Positions 31,078-32,099 of a stretch of DNA of 32,099 nt are shown here, in pieces (position 1 is the stretch's first letter; each line of letters starts with the position of its first letter). Made by a program: the position numbers and the translations under genes. Where the stretch lies: the NCBI RefSeq assembly GCF_006345805.1, contig NW_021829666.1:1-32099 (forward strand). Reading direction: 5' to 3'. Below the pieces are notes generated by a model, which was given only the letters and a program-made list of their open reading frames with translations, did no database searches and was not told the origin of the DNA. Source of the stretch: Octopus sinensis (Eukaryota).

Positions 31078-31298
31078 AGAATATTCTTTCTACTATAGGT
31101 ATAAGGCCTGAATATTGAGGATGGGAGCAAGTTGATGACATTGACCCCAGTGCGCAACTGGTACTTATTTTATCAACACAGAAAGGATAAAAGGCAAAGT
31201 CGACCTCGGTGGAATTTGAACTCAGAACGTAAAGACGGACGAAATACGGCTACGCATTTCGTCCGGCGTGCTAACGTTTCTGACAGCTCTCCGCCTTC
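31078..31298 (-). mobile_element. SINE group B, full length
   Basis: ACTGGTACTTATTTTATC...AAGGCAAAGTCGACCTCGGTGGAATTTGAACTCAGAACG...CGTGCTAACGTTTCTG. Confidence 0.9.
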
Positions 31299-31577
31299 CA
31301 GTATTTAAGACTATAAGATTATTTAAGAGAATGTGAAGAAGGATTCGAAATAACAATAGTTTCTTTTCTGCCATTATTTCAGTTAAATGAGGCCCTTTTC
31401 CTATTTTATATCCAAACTACAAAAAAAAAAAAAAAAATCGTGACTGTATGCTTCGTTAAGTGTACAATGTCGGGATATTGGAGTTTATCGTGGAGTAGAT
31501 AAGGAGGCCTAATGTAAAATGTATATAAAATACATCATAAATTACATACACATACACATGCACACACATTATATATA

Positions 31578-31655
31578 CATGAGGTGTTGTTGAAAAGTTC
31601 CTGGCTTTGAGTAAAAGAAAATACAGGAGGATTAATTAATTAAGATTTGATTCAA
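31578..31655. mobile_element. possible terminal fragment of a second mariner-type element
   Basis: TA followed by CATGAGGTGTTGTTGAAAAGTTCCTGG, similar to mariner TIR starts; no partner end. Confidence 0.35.
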
Positions 31656-31690
31656 TATAAAATCATCCGGATCATATTTTCTGAGAACAC

Positions 31691-31840
31691 TCTAGGTTAA
31701 ATTTCTTTAGCTCAAATCTTGGTCTGGTTCTCTTCATTATTTCTTACAAGTTAAATCTAAAAAGAAACGAAAGTTGAGTTATCCAATGAGAGCGCTTCAA
31801 AATGCGATGGACGCTTAATTTTGAAATTCCTATCTTGCGA
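31691..31840 (+). repeat. unclassified dispersed repeat, blocks in order A then B
   Basis: about 75-80% identical by eye to the blocks at 26641-26726 and 26515-26565. Confidence 0.7.
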
Positions 31841-31975
31841 TTTGCTTGCCGCACAGAATTTCCTCGACTCCGGCAATGCATTTCTACACTGTTTGTTGCT
31901 TTGTGGAGTTCATCGATGCCCGTAGTCTTCTGCGATATCTCTTGTGGACACTCTGGACATTACGATCTGTTTCAA

Positions 31976-32099
31976 ATGAGCTGGCAGAACCGTTAGCACG
32001 CCAGGCGAAATGGGCAGCCGGATTTCATCTGCCGTTACGTTCTGAGTTCAAATTGCACAGAGGTCGACTTTGCCTTTTCATCCTTTCGGGGGTCGATTA
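31976..32099 (+). mobile_element. SINE group B, cut by the window end
   Basis: GAGCTGGCAGAACCGTTAGCACGCC...GAGTTCAAATT...GAGGTCGACTTTGCCTTTTCATCCTTTCGGGGGTCGAT. Confidence 0.9.

Overview
Very AT-rich, repeat-saturated eukaryotic DNA with no intact protein-coding gene that I can support (intergenic or deep intronic). The mix of tRNA-derived SINEs and long (TA)n/(AAT)n/(TATG)n/(AGAT)n microsatellites suggests a cephalopod (Octopus-like) genome; this is inference, not a database match. Contents: about 35 SINE copies from three groups that I label A, B and C (labels are mine), one full-length but decayed mariner (DD34D) transposon, a 5'-truncated I-group LINE with a 14-bp TSD nested in a non-autonomous Crypton-V/Helentron-like element, a TIR element carrying (CCCTAA)3, and single ends of hAT and possibly piggyBac and mariner elements. 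The most interesting signals are a minimal type I hammerhead-ribozyme-like motif (U4C core variant) inside a Penelope-like foldback at 1565-1692, an unexplained gapless 56-bp-stem hairpin at 9034-9222, a spacerless 70-bp palindrome at 26220-26289, SINE 3' tail swapping, and a SINE tail amplified into a ~150-bp tandem array. Nearly all ORFs in the supplied track are translations of microsatellites or SINEs.
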